Shown here: positions 50,873 to 64,000 of the stretch, piece after piece
Layout of the letters: every line of letters begins with the position of its first letter
How positions within the stretch are numbered: position 1 is the first letter of the stretch
Origin: Octopus vulgaris
Lineage: Eukaryota
Length of the DNA: 64,000 bases
Assembly: GCA_951406725.2 (NCBI GenBank)
Contig: OX597815.1
Coordinates: 87,978,001 to 88,042,000, forward strand
Direction: 5' to 3'
The notes under the pieces: model-generated
What the model was told of the DNA's origin: nothing
What the model saw: only the letters and a program-made list of their open reading frames with translations
Databases searched by the model: none
Program-made: the position numbers and the translations under genes

Positions 50873-52113
50873 GTAGGTCATCCCATAAATAATGCAGTTT
50901 TTTCCAGTTGCATGAACTAAAAGTCAGAAGGAAATGGGATAATCTACCTGCATCAACTTGCTATAAAAGCAGGTAGTAATTTTACCTTGCTCTTATTCTT
51001 AGTGCAAGTTTTGAAGAATGCAGTTCGATTTTAACAGTTATTTTTTCAAAGCTATAATAGAAGTGACAAAGGAGCATATTTGGCATATTTTGCTTTATGA
51101 GTTCAATAAAGGCAACAACGCAACAGAAAGTGCAAGGAATATTAATGCAGTATATGGGGATTGGACAATAAGTGTAAGCCAATGTCAACGGTGGTTCTAG
51201 AAATTCTGAGCTGGAAACAACAGCCTAGAAGACAAGCCTCATCCTGAAATATCTGTAGAGCTCAACAAGGACATCTTGCAAACCCTAGTGGAACAAAACC
51301 CATCATAACTGTCAAGGAACTAGCAGAGAAGATTGGATTTAATCATTCAACCATCCATTGACACCTGTGTGCTATTGGAAAAGTCATCAAATTGGGTCAA
51401 TGGGTTCCTCACAAACTTTCCGAATTTAATCGCATGCAGAGAGTGAATGTGTGTGCTTCTTTGCTGTCATGTCTCACAAGTGAACCATTTTTGGACCAAA
51501 TAGTAACTGGTGATAAGAAATGGGTTCTCTATAAAAATGTCAAGGGAAAGGAGAAACACCAACACCCCAGGCTAAAGAAAGTCTTCACTCACATAAGATG
51601 TTGTTGTCTGTTAGGTGGGATATGAAAGGTTTAGTTCACTTTGAACTTTTAAACCCAAACCAAATGCTAACAAAGGAGATCTAATGCAAGCAGCTTGAGC
51701 AACTTAAGTCAGCACTAAAAGAAAAATGACCATCTTTGGTTTCAAGACGAAAGGTGTTCTTCCATCAGGATAATGCTTAGCACATACCGCGAGGATGACA
51801 TTCTAAAGGCTGGAGCAGTTTGAATGGGAGACGATGCTCCACCCACCATATTTGCCGGACATTGCCCCATCTGATTATCATTTATTCCACAGTCTTCAAA
51901 ATCATTTTGAAGGAAAAAATATGAATTCTGTAGACAAGGTCAGAACAGCAGTGGAGGAGTAATTATCATCATAGACAAGTGAATTTTGGAAGTCTACCAG
52001 ATAGATGGAAGAGCATTGTAGAAAATGAAGAAGAGTAGATTTTAGATTAAAAAAGAACTTTGTTTATCTTAATTTTGAAAAATAAAAACTGCTTTATTTA
52101 TGGGATGACCCAC
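50873..52113 (+). mobile_element. Full-length non-functional mariner transposon (about 1.24 kb)
   Basis: TA-flanked TIRs of about 30 bp (gt[a/g]ggtcatcccataaataa.gcagttttt). Transposase remnants LLYEFNKG, WVPHKL, IVTGD..W, HQDNA and HPPY.PDIAPSDYHLF, with multiple stops. Confidence 0.95.
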
Positions 52114-52149
<36 letters not shown>

Positions 52150-53389
52150 AATACATATATATCACTATATAATTGTGTGGGTGGAGAGTGTTACATAAGT
52201 TCAATAAAAATTTGTCGGGAATTGTTTGCATTTCATCAAAACTCACCTTTTCCTCTCTCTTGAAACTGTCATATAATAATAACGGTGATAACAATGATGA
52301 TGTTGATGAGGATGTGGTATTCGTTTGATATTGTTATAATAAAATATTGAATCAAAATGACAAATATTACCCTGCTGAAGGAGAGACTGCCATATGATTT
52401 GGTAAACAAAATGTTATTAAAGTATAGAAATCAGTAAATGAAAGTAATGTAGTAACAACTAATGGAAGATATTCCAAACCTATTCAATAGTTGGGGAAAA
52501 AATTAAAATAATAATTATGAGACAATGATGCTGATGGTAGTGGTAGTGGTGATGATGGTGGTGCAGATGATGATGATATCTCTGATGCTCACTATCATCA
52601 AGATTATGTTAAAGGCTATAATTACCACAGTAATCAGATCATATCCTCATTAAAATCACCATGATGATGACAATGATAATGAATAAGATAATAATATTTT
52701 ACAATGTTTCCAATCAACAATCTTATGCTAACATGAATGAGATGCTTTTATTTTAGAAAAAAAAATTGTTTTACAGCAACAACATAATTTCAGTCTATAC
52801 TTTTGAACATATTAGGAAATAAAATTGGTAGCAGATAGTAAACCGAGCTCTGTGTTATTAATCAAGTTATGAGAAAACAAAGTCAGGAGGAATGGCACCA
52901 AGTTATAGTTTTAAGATCATGCTTTATTCCTGAATGATGTGTGATACTCTTTTACCTTGTATCTTTTACTTGTTTCAGTCATTAGAGTGTGGCCATGCTG
53001 GAGCACCACTTTGAAATTTTAGTTGAATGAATCAATCCCAGTACGTATTTTTTTAAAGCCTGGTCCTTTTCCAGTCAATCACTTTTGTTGAACTGCTAAG
53101 TTACGGGTATGTAAACACACCAATACTGGCTGTCAAAATGGTGTTGGGGTGCAAACACACATTCATATACGACAAGCTTCTTTCAGTTTCCATCTACCAA
53201 ATCCACTCACAAGACTTTGGTCAGCCTGAGGATATAGCAGAATACACTTGCTCAAGGTGCCATGCAGCGGAACTGAACCCGGAACTGTGTGGCTGAGAAG
53301 CAAGCTTCTTACCACACAGTCACATCTGTGTCTGTGTATACAAATTTTTCATTGATATATACAATACATATTCAAAAGATTCATTAATT

Positions 53390-53945
53390 TGACCAAGACC
53401 TTTGGCGATATGCCATGCTTGAGAAGACCTGTCAAGCCAAGTGAGACTGTAGTCATGGTCAATGCTAGTATTGCTTAATTGGTACATAGCAATCATCCTT
53501 TGAATGTTGGATGATATCCTGTGCTTGAGAAGACTTGTCAAGCCAAGTGAAATTGTAGTCATAGCTGATGCCAGAGCTGTGTGACTGGCAATCATGCCAG
53601 TAGCATGTAAGAAGCACTGTTCGAGCATTGAGCCCCACAGAGGCAGTGACAGGTGACTGAGACCTTTGGCAATATACTGTGCTTGAGGAGATTCATCAAG
53701 CCAAGTGAGATTGTAGTCATGGCTGATGCTGGTGTCATGTAACTGGTACCCATGCTGGTGGCACATAAAATGTCCCCACTAGACTTTTGGAGTGGTTGGC
53801 ATTAAGAAGGGTATCCAGCCATAGAAACTATGCCAAATCAGATTGGAACCTGGTGCAGGTTCCCAGCTCATCAGTTCTCAGTCAAACCGTCCAACCCACA
53901 CCAGCATGGAAACAAACATTAAATGATGATGATGATGGTGATGAG
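53390..53945 (+). repeat. RTE-derived repeat with three tandem copies of the ORF-end unit and (GAT)n tail
   Basis: tgcttgag(a/g)aga...tcaagccaagtga.a.tgtagtcat repeated at about 53417, 53522 and 53680; matches the RTE ORF end at about 26118. Confidence 0.7.
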
Positions 53946-56029
53946 GATATTTGTTCTAAGACTCATTCCACCACCAATCTTCTCACCACAGAAATACTTA
54001 TTCAAGTGCTCCCTTACACTACACATTGTATCCCTATCACCTCTTCCTCATTCTTATTTCTTTCACTCACCCCATTCCAACCAAACTAACACTCACTGTC
54101 TCCATCTCAATCCCCATATCTAATCATCTGTCACACTCTTTCAAACTTAAATGCCCATTCACTCTTTCTGTTCTATTCCTATTTTCTCTCATATTCACCT
54201 TGTATCTTGTGGTACATCCTCACCTTATCTCTCTCTCTCTCTCTTTCCAGGTGGAAAAAAACATTATCCCCTCTTCATGATACCAGTTCTGTCCAGATAT
54301 CATAATTTTACCTCCTTTAGTAGTGTGCCTCATTCAGGTGAGGGTTGTCTTGTCCTGAGAGAAGTTGGTAACCTTGTTAGTGCTGGTGCCAGAAAAGAAA
54401 AAGTAAAAGCACCCAGTACACTCTGTAACAAGGTTGGTGTTAGAAAGGGCATCATCGTCATGTTTGGACATATAAATGGGAGAAAATATAGCCAATGTAT
54501 AGTAGGGTTTATTTATTCATTTAAAGTTGATGATTCACTTCAGCAATGGTTAGAGTTTCTTACTACATGCAATCCTTTGACTATCAAAGAGATGAATAAT
54601 TTTCCTGAAATGTAGATAGATGGATGGATGGACAGAGAGGCAGGCACACAGAAAGATAGATATACAGGGAGAGAGACAGATAGATGGATAGATAGATAAA
54701 TAGATAGATAGACAGACAGACAGATACCAGGTGCAGACATGGTTGTGTGGTTAATAAGATCACTTCCCAACCATATGGTTTCATTGCTTGGCACCTTGGG
54801 CAAGTATCTTCTACAATAGCTTTGTGAGTAGTGTACGTAGAAGGAAACTGAAAGAAGCTGGTCGTGTTGTGTCTGTGTTTCCTTGTCTTGATATCACATG
54901 ATAGTTGTAATAAATGTCACCATCATAGAAGGTTCTTTTCATTTCCAATCTTTCATGAAAATAAGTCTGGTTTTAGCGAAATATTGATTTCAAATCTTAG
55001 CAAAAGGCCAGCAATTTCGGGAGAGGGTTAAGTTGAATAAAATGACTTTAGTACTCAACTGATACTTATTTTATTAACCCCAAAACAATGAAAGGCAAAG
55101 TCTACTCTGGCAGCATTTGAACCCAGAACGTATAGACAGACAAAATGCCACTGAGCATTTTGTCCAACATACTGAGCTTTAGGGAAATATTATGTTTGGA
55201 GACAGGTGACGGTTGGTGGCAGCCTTAACAAAATCCATCTGGACTATGCAAGCATGGAAAATGGAATTTTTGAACAATAATGATGACGATGACAATGATT
55301 TTGATGATGATGATGTTCAAGTAATTATTTACAAAGTTGTATGTTCTTTCTATTACTAACCCACTAAACTACGGAGCTGATGTGATAGTATTGCTATTTT
55401 TAGTGCGGTAGGTGGAATGAAGCATACAAAATAATGCCTTATGCCCAAGGTGCTATAACACATTGTTATCATGAAGTTGATTATAATTTAAAGGAGAACA
55501 TTTTAAAGTATGATTCTGCAGTTTATTTTGGGATTTCACTTGGTGTTTACTTAAGTTTATTTGATAAGCTGTAATTAGGGTAATGAACCATTGTAGTATG
55601 ACAAAAGCATAGAAATAAAAAAAAAAAATTCTCTTTTAATATTTGCATATGTGGTATCATTAAAGCTAAAATATTGAGAATAATCTATTTTCTCTCTTCC
55701 ATCAGTGTTGAGGTGGCCTTAATTTTATATTTATATTTTAGTGTTGATTTTCTTTCTTCTATGCAACATTGTCATACTTCAGCTGTCAATCCAAACAGCT
55801 GCTCTTTCTTGCATAAGCTCTAGGCTGAACACTGCATGCCATTAATGTATTTTTACAATTTTAAGGTCTCTCTGCTTACTTGCTAATAATATTGAGGTGC
55901 ATTTCACTTTGGAATAAGTATTTTAACACAAAGAAGGGCTTAGGAGTTATGATTCCTTCTTGCACCTCTTCTGTTAACACACACTTGAAATAATTTTTTT
56001 TAAATTCATTATTTTCATCCGGAGAAAGA

Positions 56030-56430
56030 AATTATGTTATGGCTGTCATAAGTCTTCTTAGACAAACATAGATGGTGCAATCAATGCCTCTTTGAAACAG
56101 CTTCAAGTCAATAGCTGCAGACAAGGAGGGAATTCCAGATAACTGTCCCACTTCAGAGGAAAGACTGAGTGTAGTTGTTAGTGCAAGGACTGTAGCAGGT
56201 GGACACAATATGAGTAGCAAGAAGAGAGATGAATGAGTTGGGAGTGTTTGAGTAGAGGTGGCTTGAGATCAGCTAACTCTGAGGAGGAGACACCATTGTA
56301 GTAGCATTAGGAAAGCAAAAAGACAAGTCAGCACATCTGTGCGATAGAAATTAGTGTATTGGTGAGTAACTTCATGTCAATCATTTGGGTGGCTGTTTGT
56401 ATATGCAGTGGTAGCACCATTTAAGATATG
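56030..56430 (-). mobile_element. Old CR1/Jockey-like LINE 3' remnant
   Basis: Degenerate ..YYNG..SSELA.. and ..LWNSLP....DL..FKR motifs. Confidence 0.5.
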
Positions 56431-56548
56431 TAACTAGTATTCCTAAGTGGGTTTTACTTGAATTTTGTAGTTTCTGGGGTTTTAAGTTTTTTGTGGTCCT
56501 GAAATGTGGGGAACAAATTTCTGTTTTGCTGCAAAGAAAGGCTTTCCT

Positions 56549-56668
56549 TTATAGATCTATTCCATTGTAATTCTTCTTTATAAATACAAGGATGATAAAG
56601 ATGGTTAACATCAAACTGATTGTTTCCATGACACTTATTTGCTGCCACTCTAACTCATTGTTCTCCAT
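56549..56668 (-). CDS. Candidate small ORF, 39-aa single-pass membrane microprotein
   Basis: Acceptor-like aaattttag| at 56677-56678, ATG 8 nt into the exon in good context (AGA ATG G). Translates MENNELEWQQISVMETISLMLTIFIILVFIKKNYNGIDL*, a hydrophobic stretch followed by KK. No homology recognised. Confidence 0.3.
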   Translation of the reverse strand: MENNELEWQQISVMETISLMLTIFIILVFIKKNYNGIDL

Positions 56669-57014
56669 TCTCCAACCTAAAATTTCTTAAAAGATTACAG
56701 GCACTATCTTGCTTACTTTTATGAATTAAGAATTAATTGCTACTCAACCAAATCAACTAAATGTTATTGGAAACTTTTAGAGTTTCACATATTATATACT
56801 CTTTTACTTGTTTCAGTCATTTGACTGTGGCCATGCTGGAGCACCGCCTTTTTTAGTCAAGCAAATCGACCCCAGGACTTATTCTTTGTAACCTTAGTAC
56901 TTATTCTATCGGTCTCTTTTGCTGAACTGCTAAGTTACGGGGACATAAACACACCAGCATCAGTTGTCAAGCAATGTTAGGGGGACAAACACAGACACAC
57001 AAACACATACATAT

Positions 57015-57045
<31 letters not shown>

Positions 57046-59023
57046 CATACATATATATGACGGGCTTCTTTCAGTTTCTGTCTACAAAATCCACTCACAA
57101 GGCTTTGGTTAGCCCAAGGCTATAGTAGAAGACACTTGCCCAAGGTGCCACATAGTGGGACTGAACCCGGAACCATGTGGTTCGTAAGCAAGCTACTTAC
57201 CACACAGCCACTCCTATGCCTAATATATATGAAAAAATAAAAGAATCATATAAACTCATAAGATCAGTTTCCTGGTTTCCGTGGTACATACATTCCTCCT
57301 TGGACAAGCTGCCAGTCCATTGCAGGACTACTCATTTTTGCCAACTGAATGGACTGGAACAACATAAAATAAGGTGTTTTGCTCAAGAACTCAATGCATC
57401 ACCTAGTTCAGGAATCAAAACCACAGTCTTACGATCACAAATTTAACACCCCAAACACTAACCATGCACCTCCACACACTCACACAGATACATGGCTGAA
57501 GGAGATAAGAGGAAGTTAGTGAAAGAGTATTAGAGTGAACAACTCTGAAGGAACAAGATGAATATAAGAGAGAACATAGACATTGGATCATGGGAGGGGA
57601 TGAGAGAGTGGATGTTGTTGAGGTAGTGATAACGAAGTGTGGAGGTGCAGGTGATGGAAAATACCAGTATGTAGAGGGGTGAGTAGGAAATATAGGAGTG
57701 ATTTATGAAGGAGAATGGAACAGAGAGTAATAGAATGATGTGCATGATGTAGATGTTGCAGAGAGGGAGATATGAGTGTGATTGTTTACATTTTTTGAAA
57801 TTTGAGTTATCAGAGTTGCAGTTAAGTCTAGTGTGCAAACTAGTTTTCTAGCTACTTGTGTTTTTTAGTAATAGGTGTGAATAAATGAAGTTCCACTATA
57901 AAATATCACAACAGATCCAATGAAGATCTTACATTTTAGATATTCAAAACCATTTAAATAACAAAAATAGTTATTAATTTGAGATCCAAAAACAGAGGTG
58001 CCACATAAAAAGCATTGATGTAGGTGCTGGTACCATTTAAAAAGTACTGGTGATGGAGTCACATAAAAAACACCTAGTACACTTTGTGGAGTGGATGGCT
58101 TTAGGAAGGGTATCTAGCTGTAGAAACCAAGCCAAAATGTACTATGGAACCCGGTGTGGCTTCTGACCATACCAATTCCTGTCAAGCCATGCTAGTGTGG
58201 AAAATAGGTATTAAATGATGACGATGATGATAAACAGATATGAGACTCAAATAAAAACAGTGCATTACAGTAATGATGATTTTGAACCTTAACAAATGAT
58301 ATATCGAAGTAATCACACAGAAGTTGTTGATGAAGTGAACAGGATAACTGCTTACCAATCAAAAACTATGTGGTTTGTACCTTGCTATCTGTGTTGTGGT
58401 ATAATGCTAAGAAAATGCACTTATGTGTCAATGTCCTAATTAAGTCAATATTAATATACATAATGCAGGATATATTCATTAGGAAGTTAACTAGAAATAA
58501 TTGTATGAGAAGGAAAAAAATTATACAAGGCAGTGAGTAATATCATTATCCCCATTTTTTGAAAAGTACAGGAAGCTATTGTTTCGGTTTTATTCTGACC
58601 CCATCAGCAAAGCATAGTCTTCACTGTACTTGTGGAGTATATAAATGACAATAGTTCATCAACAGGTAGATAAGCATTGGAAGAAGTTATAAGAATTATT
58701 GTATAATTGCACTGTGTACTTAATTGGCTAGTGTTTCCTTAGCTTGTAAAGATGAACTCAAATCCTGCCATTAACCTGGACACATGAATTATTGGCGGGT
58801 AGAATATACTAAAGTGGTTTCTCAGTCTTTTGTTGTTATTGGTGGTGTCATTTTCTTTTCTTTCCAGATACGAATATTTCATTTTAAAGTGGTAAAGATA
58901 ATGGCTCACAATAGTACCTGTTTAAATTAAATGTTCGACGAGTCTACTATATTGCTGAGATAGCTCCGATTCTCAAATATAGACATGTTTGGAAAGAAAA
59001 TGTACTAAAAAATGTGCACTCAC

Positions 59024-59179
59024 CTTTCTTGTAGTAGCAAAAAATATTTTGATAAAATTATTGAATTTTGTTTTTCTTAGACTCAAAGATGCTTGTGGTG
59101 GAGAAGTATTGTTGAATATATGGGCCCTAGTATATTACCGGTGTGATAAAAGACAGTCAATTCCACACTGGGATTTAAA
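59024..59179 (-). other. Candidate non-coding (5' UTR) exon of the minus-strand transcript
   Basis: Pyrimidine-rich acceptor ttttgtcttatcccatttatatcattag| and strong donor AAG|GTGAGT. All three frames contain stops. Lies about 0.5 kb downstream of the X-box on the minus strand. Confidence 0.45.
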
Positions 59180-59659
59180 CTAATGATATAAATGGGATAA
59201 AGACAAAATATCAGACGTTCTAAACTGATAATATTACCGATTTCGTCCTTAGATTCTTTAAAAAATGTTTGAAGAATCAAGATAAAGTCGACCGAGTTAA
59301 CTTTTATTCACCATGCATTGAAGGGAAGCAAAAGGCAACTCCAGTCTGTTATGAATATAAAAACATCAATATTAATTACGAAGATTTTCCTATTTGTTTT
59401 TGTTCGTAGTTATTTTAGTAACTAATTTCACAGTAAAAAAAGGGAGAATTCATTTAAATAGTTAAACGTGGAGTAGCAGATTATAATACGTATCAATGTA
59501 TAACTAAGTTGTGAATCACTCAAATACGTTTTGTTTGCGTCAAAGTCTATTGAAACTGAAAGAAATAAAAGAATAAGTGTCGACAAAATGTATATTGCTA
59601 TCAATGTGATACCTTAAAATTAAGTATTTGACGAGTTCTAAACAAAACACACAAAAGTC

Positions 59660-59870
59660 GTTACTATGATGCTTTTATTTACACTGGTTGTCGTGGTAAC
59701 ATCCCTCCTCGTGTAATAATGTGCTTGCTTTGGCGGAAGTGACGTCAGAACAATACTGGTTGGAGTTGTGCTGGTAGTGGTCGTAGATACTCTACCCGTC
59801 AATTGCCCTCCTCCCCCACTTCCATTCGGTCCTGAAGTCAGGTCACGTGATAACCAGAATCAAGATGGCG
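59660..59870. promoter_or_regulatory. Probable bidirectional promoter: RFX X-box, ETS-CRE composite, E-box and YY1 motifs
   Basis: Repeat-free, CpG-enriched patch. X-box GTTGTCGTGGTAAC at 59687-59700; overlapping CGGAAGTGACGTCA at 59734-59747; GTCACGTGA at 59842-59850; CAAGATGGCG at 59861-59870. Candidate splice donors point away on both strands. Confidence 0.75.
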
Positions 59871-59913
59871 CTGTTTTGGGCGCAGTGTCGCAACTGTCGC
59901 ACCAGCAGCAGTA
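59861..59913 (+). other. Candidate first exon of an unidentified plus-strand gene
   Basis: Begins at the YY1-type CAAGATGGCG motif (typical just downstream of a TSS) and ends before GTAAGT at 59914. An ATG at 59865 would give MALFWAQCRNCRTSSS; it could equally be UTR. Confidence 0.45.
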
Positions 59914-60098
59914 GTAAGTTTTATAGTAATAATAACAACAACACTAATTACTGTCAACCGATGACCGGTTGTCTTTCCCATGCATTACCTCTATTACCGT
60001 TGTTGTTTTAATTGTTTGGAACCAAAAAGAAAAAAAAAACGGAAATTCATTTATATTTACTATTTTTGCTTGTGTTTGAAACTGTATAATTATCAGTC

Positions 60099-60144
60099 AT
60101 GGCGAAGTGGACTGCTACAAATACCAACGAAAGATATGGAGTCG
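60099..60144 (+). CDS. Candidate first coding exon of an unidentified plus-strand gene (MAKWTATNTNERYGV...)
   Basis: T-rich acceptor ending attatcag| at 60096, good Kozak context gtcATGG, donor G|GTAAGT at 60145. No later exon recognised in the window. Confidence 0.55.
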
Positions 60145-61169
60145 GTAAGTGTATAATACATATATATATACATACATACTTGCATAGATATGCAAGTACT
60201 CGTGTAGTTTTCCAGCACATTCATCGTAAACATACAAAAAACATCAAAAACTTTTCAGTCGGAGTTCAAATTCCATCAGGGTCGAAATTACGTTTGACCT
60301 CTCGAGGGTCGATAAATAAAATAGTTTAATATAGTTTGCATTTGATCTACGGAACTTAAAAAATTGTTTTAACGTACTGATAAACACGCTTGAATGAACA
60401 AATAGTTTATGCAACAGTCAGTATGGTTTTAATAACTAAAAGCGTATCTCTGTAACTTCTCATGAGTGACAAACAGTTTTAAAAGTTTATTGTCATTAAT
60501 CAGGAATATGAAAAACTTTAACTAAGATTCCTTATCCGATTGAATGTGTATGACACTGTTTTCAAATCTTCGCATTTAAATCTGACCCTCACACATTAAC
60601 TTTTTTTCTACATAGTAACAATGTGCTTGTCTGCTCAAAAGAATCATTTTTTTTTTTAACTTGGTTGAAACACCCATCCCTTAACTGGAAAAACCTTGAA
60701 ACACTTTCCCTAGTATGGATAGTTAATCGTCAGTGAATATTTTTGCTGTCAAAACATAGTGAAATTAAAGTAACGTCACTGCGTGTTGTGGCAAGTTCTG
60801 CTTTTATAACCCCTCCCAGTTTTGGCTATGTACTTCTAGATAAAACAAATAGACAAGTTTGAATGCTTTAATTTAATGCACTTCATTTTCCACATGATTT
60901 GAATTGCAATGTCAAATTCAAACACGAAGTAAAATAATTTGTACTTATCAGCAAGCGATCAAGTGTAACAAAAGACATTTTTCGTGTATGAATACAATAT
61001 TCATTTAAAAAAAAATTAATATTCAGTACCAGTAAGTGCCAATAAAAGGAGAGTAGGTGCTTGATTTAACTGCATGAGTGATAGCTATTACTTTTTACTA
61101 GATGTCAATCAAAATGAAAACAGTTTTGCTTTTTTTAGTAAAAGTGTAGAGACTATCAAAATAGGTTAT

Positions 61170-61556
61170 CTTTTTTGATGACATCCCTTACTTGCAGTGT
61201 CTCCGTAATGATGAATAATTATTTATACACCATTGTAACGGATGCTTGGTCCATCTCTCTTCATCTTTTTTCCTTCATTCCTATTAGTTACTTCGCATTT
61301 TCACTTGCATTCTTTTTGCTCACTCTGTTTACATCACCCAAAATAAGATTTTTGAGTTTTGCAAAAGTTTTAATCCATAAAAAAAGTTTGCCCGACAGAC
61401 ATTCGTTTAGAACAATGTTTAGGCAACTGATATCCTGTATTTGACAGATCTCACTTTCCTGACTTTTGTACATAATTTTATGTACTGTGCGTGCTCCTTT
61501 GATGAGTTGTAGTGCACCTGAGCACTATACACAATAATTTAATCATTATTATTAAA
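61170..61556 (+). mobile_element. CR1-like 3' fragment related to the 2800-3945 element
   Basis: Shares the terminus gatgagttgtagtgcacctgagcact.tacacaat followed by (ATT)n. Confidence 0.7.
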
Positions 61557-64000
61557 TGAAACTTTACACTCAATCACACACACAGTCATACTTATAGTCG
61601 CATACGCGCGTAGTTTATCTGTACATTCATACAAATACAAAAGTTTACGCACATACCCATAAATACGTAAGCATGTCTGTGTGTATGTATGTGTGGCTTT
61701 AAGGAGTGTAACTTTTACGTAAATATACATTGTATATTCACATTAACAAGAATATACATTGTATATATTCGCCGATGATCGTTCGAAAACATACAAATTC
61801 AAAGAAATTATCAGAAAAACAGTTACAACCGGTTATGTTGTGTGCTTACATCGAAATTCCGCTGTATGTATGTGTGTGTGTGCACACTGTTTCGAGTTAA
61901 AGCGTGTGTAGACTGTCGACGAAATGGGGACGCAAGTCTGTTGGGGGGAGAGAGAGATCCGTCTTGAGATGGGAACAACTAAGAGTTTGTTGTCAGTTAA
62001 TATATTTACCAGCATTAACATCATCATCTTCGTCGTCAATGACATCTTAGCCATTCCCTTAATATCTCAGCCAACGAGGGAACCCTCGACCTATTAGATG
62101 TAACAAACTAATCTCTCTCAAATCATAACCATCCGTCTTAAAAAGAGAGTGACATTGGATAACGTGTTCCCAGGGGGAAAGAAAAGAAAAATACATGACT
62201 TTTGATTATAGGTCTATCGATAAAAGCTGACCTACAGCCAAATATTTTTTTAAGGTCTGTCTGGAGGAATCTTATTTATGTTTTAGAAGCTGCAATATTT
62301 TCTTTTCGTGTTTCTAATACGAGATTTTAGGCATTCTTTCTATATGTAAGAATGACAGATAAAATATCCATATCGAAAGAATGCCAGATTTTATTGTCGT
62401 TAAAACGAATAGCAATAAATAAATAAACTGGTGTCGATCCCAGAGCAAATTATTCCTCTCGCAAAAACTGGCTTTATATTCTTAGATATAATAATGTGAG
62501 GGCAAGACTTCCTTTTTTGTCAGTCTTTCCTCTCGGATGAAAACAGAAATAATATTAGAACATTGCTATACAGAAAAACTTCAATACAAATAGTGTGACG
62601 AACAGAATGATTATTAAACTTTGTTTATCACACTTTATTTGTAATGCGATGCATAATATTGTTAATGTCATTAACTGCGGTATAGGACCACACAAAGTGT
62701 GGGATAGAGCACTGTCAATTAAGGCTACTCCAGTACTTAGCTGGTCCTTATTTTGTCAAGCTCGATAGGATATTGTAAAGTGAAGGCCACACTCTTGCAG
62801 GAAGAGTAACAGTCGATTAGGTCAACCCTAATAATTGATTACTACTTTATTTTATCGGTCCCGGAACGATGCAATACAAAGTTGACTTCAATCGGTATAA
62901 AAGATTAAGGAGTTACAGAAATACAATTCACCCAATATACAACGTAGCTGTTATTGAGTCGTTAATTCTCTTAAGGCATAAACGTCACAACCTCTTATTT
63001 ACTCGACCCCTCAATCAAACGGGTAATTTGAAAGTTGTTGATTTATGAATATGTTTAGTATGGTTTCTTACATAGAAATGAATTTTAAAAATTTTGCTGT
63101 AGTTCAGATGGATAGGTTAAATGAGATTGAGAGACGTTCATGACTTGAATGAAAAGAAATAGCGAAACAAGCATGAATTACAAAATTAGTAGAATACAGA
63201 AACACAAAGTGAAAGGGGTACTAGTATCGCTTTTCCATGCAAACCACACCCAGAATGCCCTCCGAACTTAGAGTTGGGGAAGTATATGGAAATTGCTATG
63301 TAGGGTTTTTTTACTGCTCCCTCCCCGACTTTCCCCTGAAATACTATATATGCATAAGCACTAAACATGCGTGTACATACACGAAGTACAAGACACGTGT
63401 GCTGTAATCATAATAAACAAATAAATAAAAAGTATAATCCCCTATGATTTGGAGGGATAGAGGAAATGGGAGCAGCAATGCTTCTGCTTTTCTCAAGAGC
63501 CTCAAACGACATAAACGAAGGTTGGGAGTTGAAAAAGGATCGACTGATTCGGTCTGCTGAAAAATTAACTCGGAAATCACAGCCATCTTCCACAAACAAT
63601 GAAGAAATGAAATTGTGTGGCGTTCATGCTTTCTCAGTGGTATTACTGGTGCAAAAGAAACGAAATGGCTACAATTAGCAATCAAAAGTTTTCTTTCATT
63701 TGCTATTTTACAGTCACAGAAACCACGTTTCATCGCATTTAGAAATGTGATAGAATTTAATCTGTTCCCACCAGAATTAGAACCTCAATTAGTTGACATT
63801 GCCTTCTTAACACCCTCTGCTTTTTTCTTTTCTATAGAGTGTATTAGTCGATCGGCTGAAAATCAGTGTATTACTGGTATGTGTTTACATCGATTCTATG
63901 TAGAGGCCGAACCCCCCACCCTCATCCCTTCCCACAAGCATCGAACTTGAAGTTATAAATGAATAACCGAGCTCACTAAGAATGAGATGTTGCTTGAAGT

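Noticed and set aside
55700-55900. Possible exon or pogo/Tigger transposase remnant (ERAAVWIDS)
   Set aside because: Too short and interrupted by stops to assign.
63186-63950. Overlapping ORFs as possible exons of the plus-strand gene
   Set aside because: No recognisable homology or convincing splice-site pair.

Overview
AT-rich, repeat-dominated eukaryotic (animal) genomic DNA. The SINE/LINE repertoire and dense (TA)n/(CA)n/(ATT)n microsatellites suggest an octopod cephalopod (inference). Most entries in the ORF track are microsatellite or transposon noise. The one clearly recognisable host gene is CFAP206 on the minus strand: its first three coding exons are at 24805-24912, 16524-16607 and 2377-2467, and the rest lies left of the window. 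Near 59.7-59.9 kb is a CpG-richer, apparently bidirectional promoter with an RFX X-box, an ETS-CRE composite, an E-box and a YY1 site. It probably drives the minus-strand unit and an unidentified plus-strand gene. The introns contain decayed RTE, CR1, Tx1/L1 and R4/Dong-like LINEs, a Gypsy remnant, a non-coding LTR element with a 5-bp TSD, a full-length dead mariner, several MITEs and tRNA-derived SINEs. The most unusual content is a set of minimal type-I hammerhead ribozyme motifs in non-coding, Penelope-like contexts. These are (i) a 2.3-kb near-perfect palindrome carrying a hammerhead with a long branched stem II in each arm, (ii) a tRNA-headed, hammerhead-carrying short element present twice with inverted duplications, and (iii) further degenerate motifs. 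Also present are a second 665-bp palindrome and a 39-aa single-TM small ORF just behind a splice acceptor.
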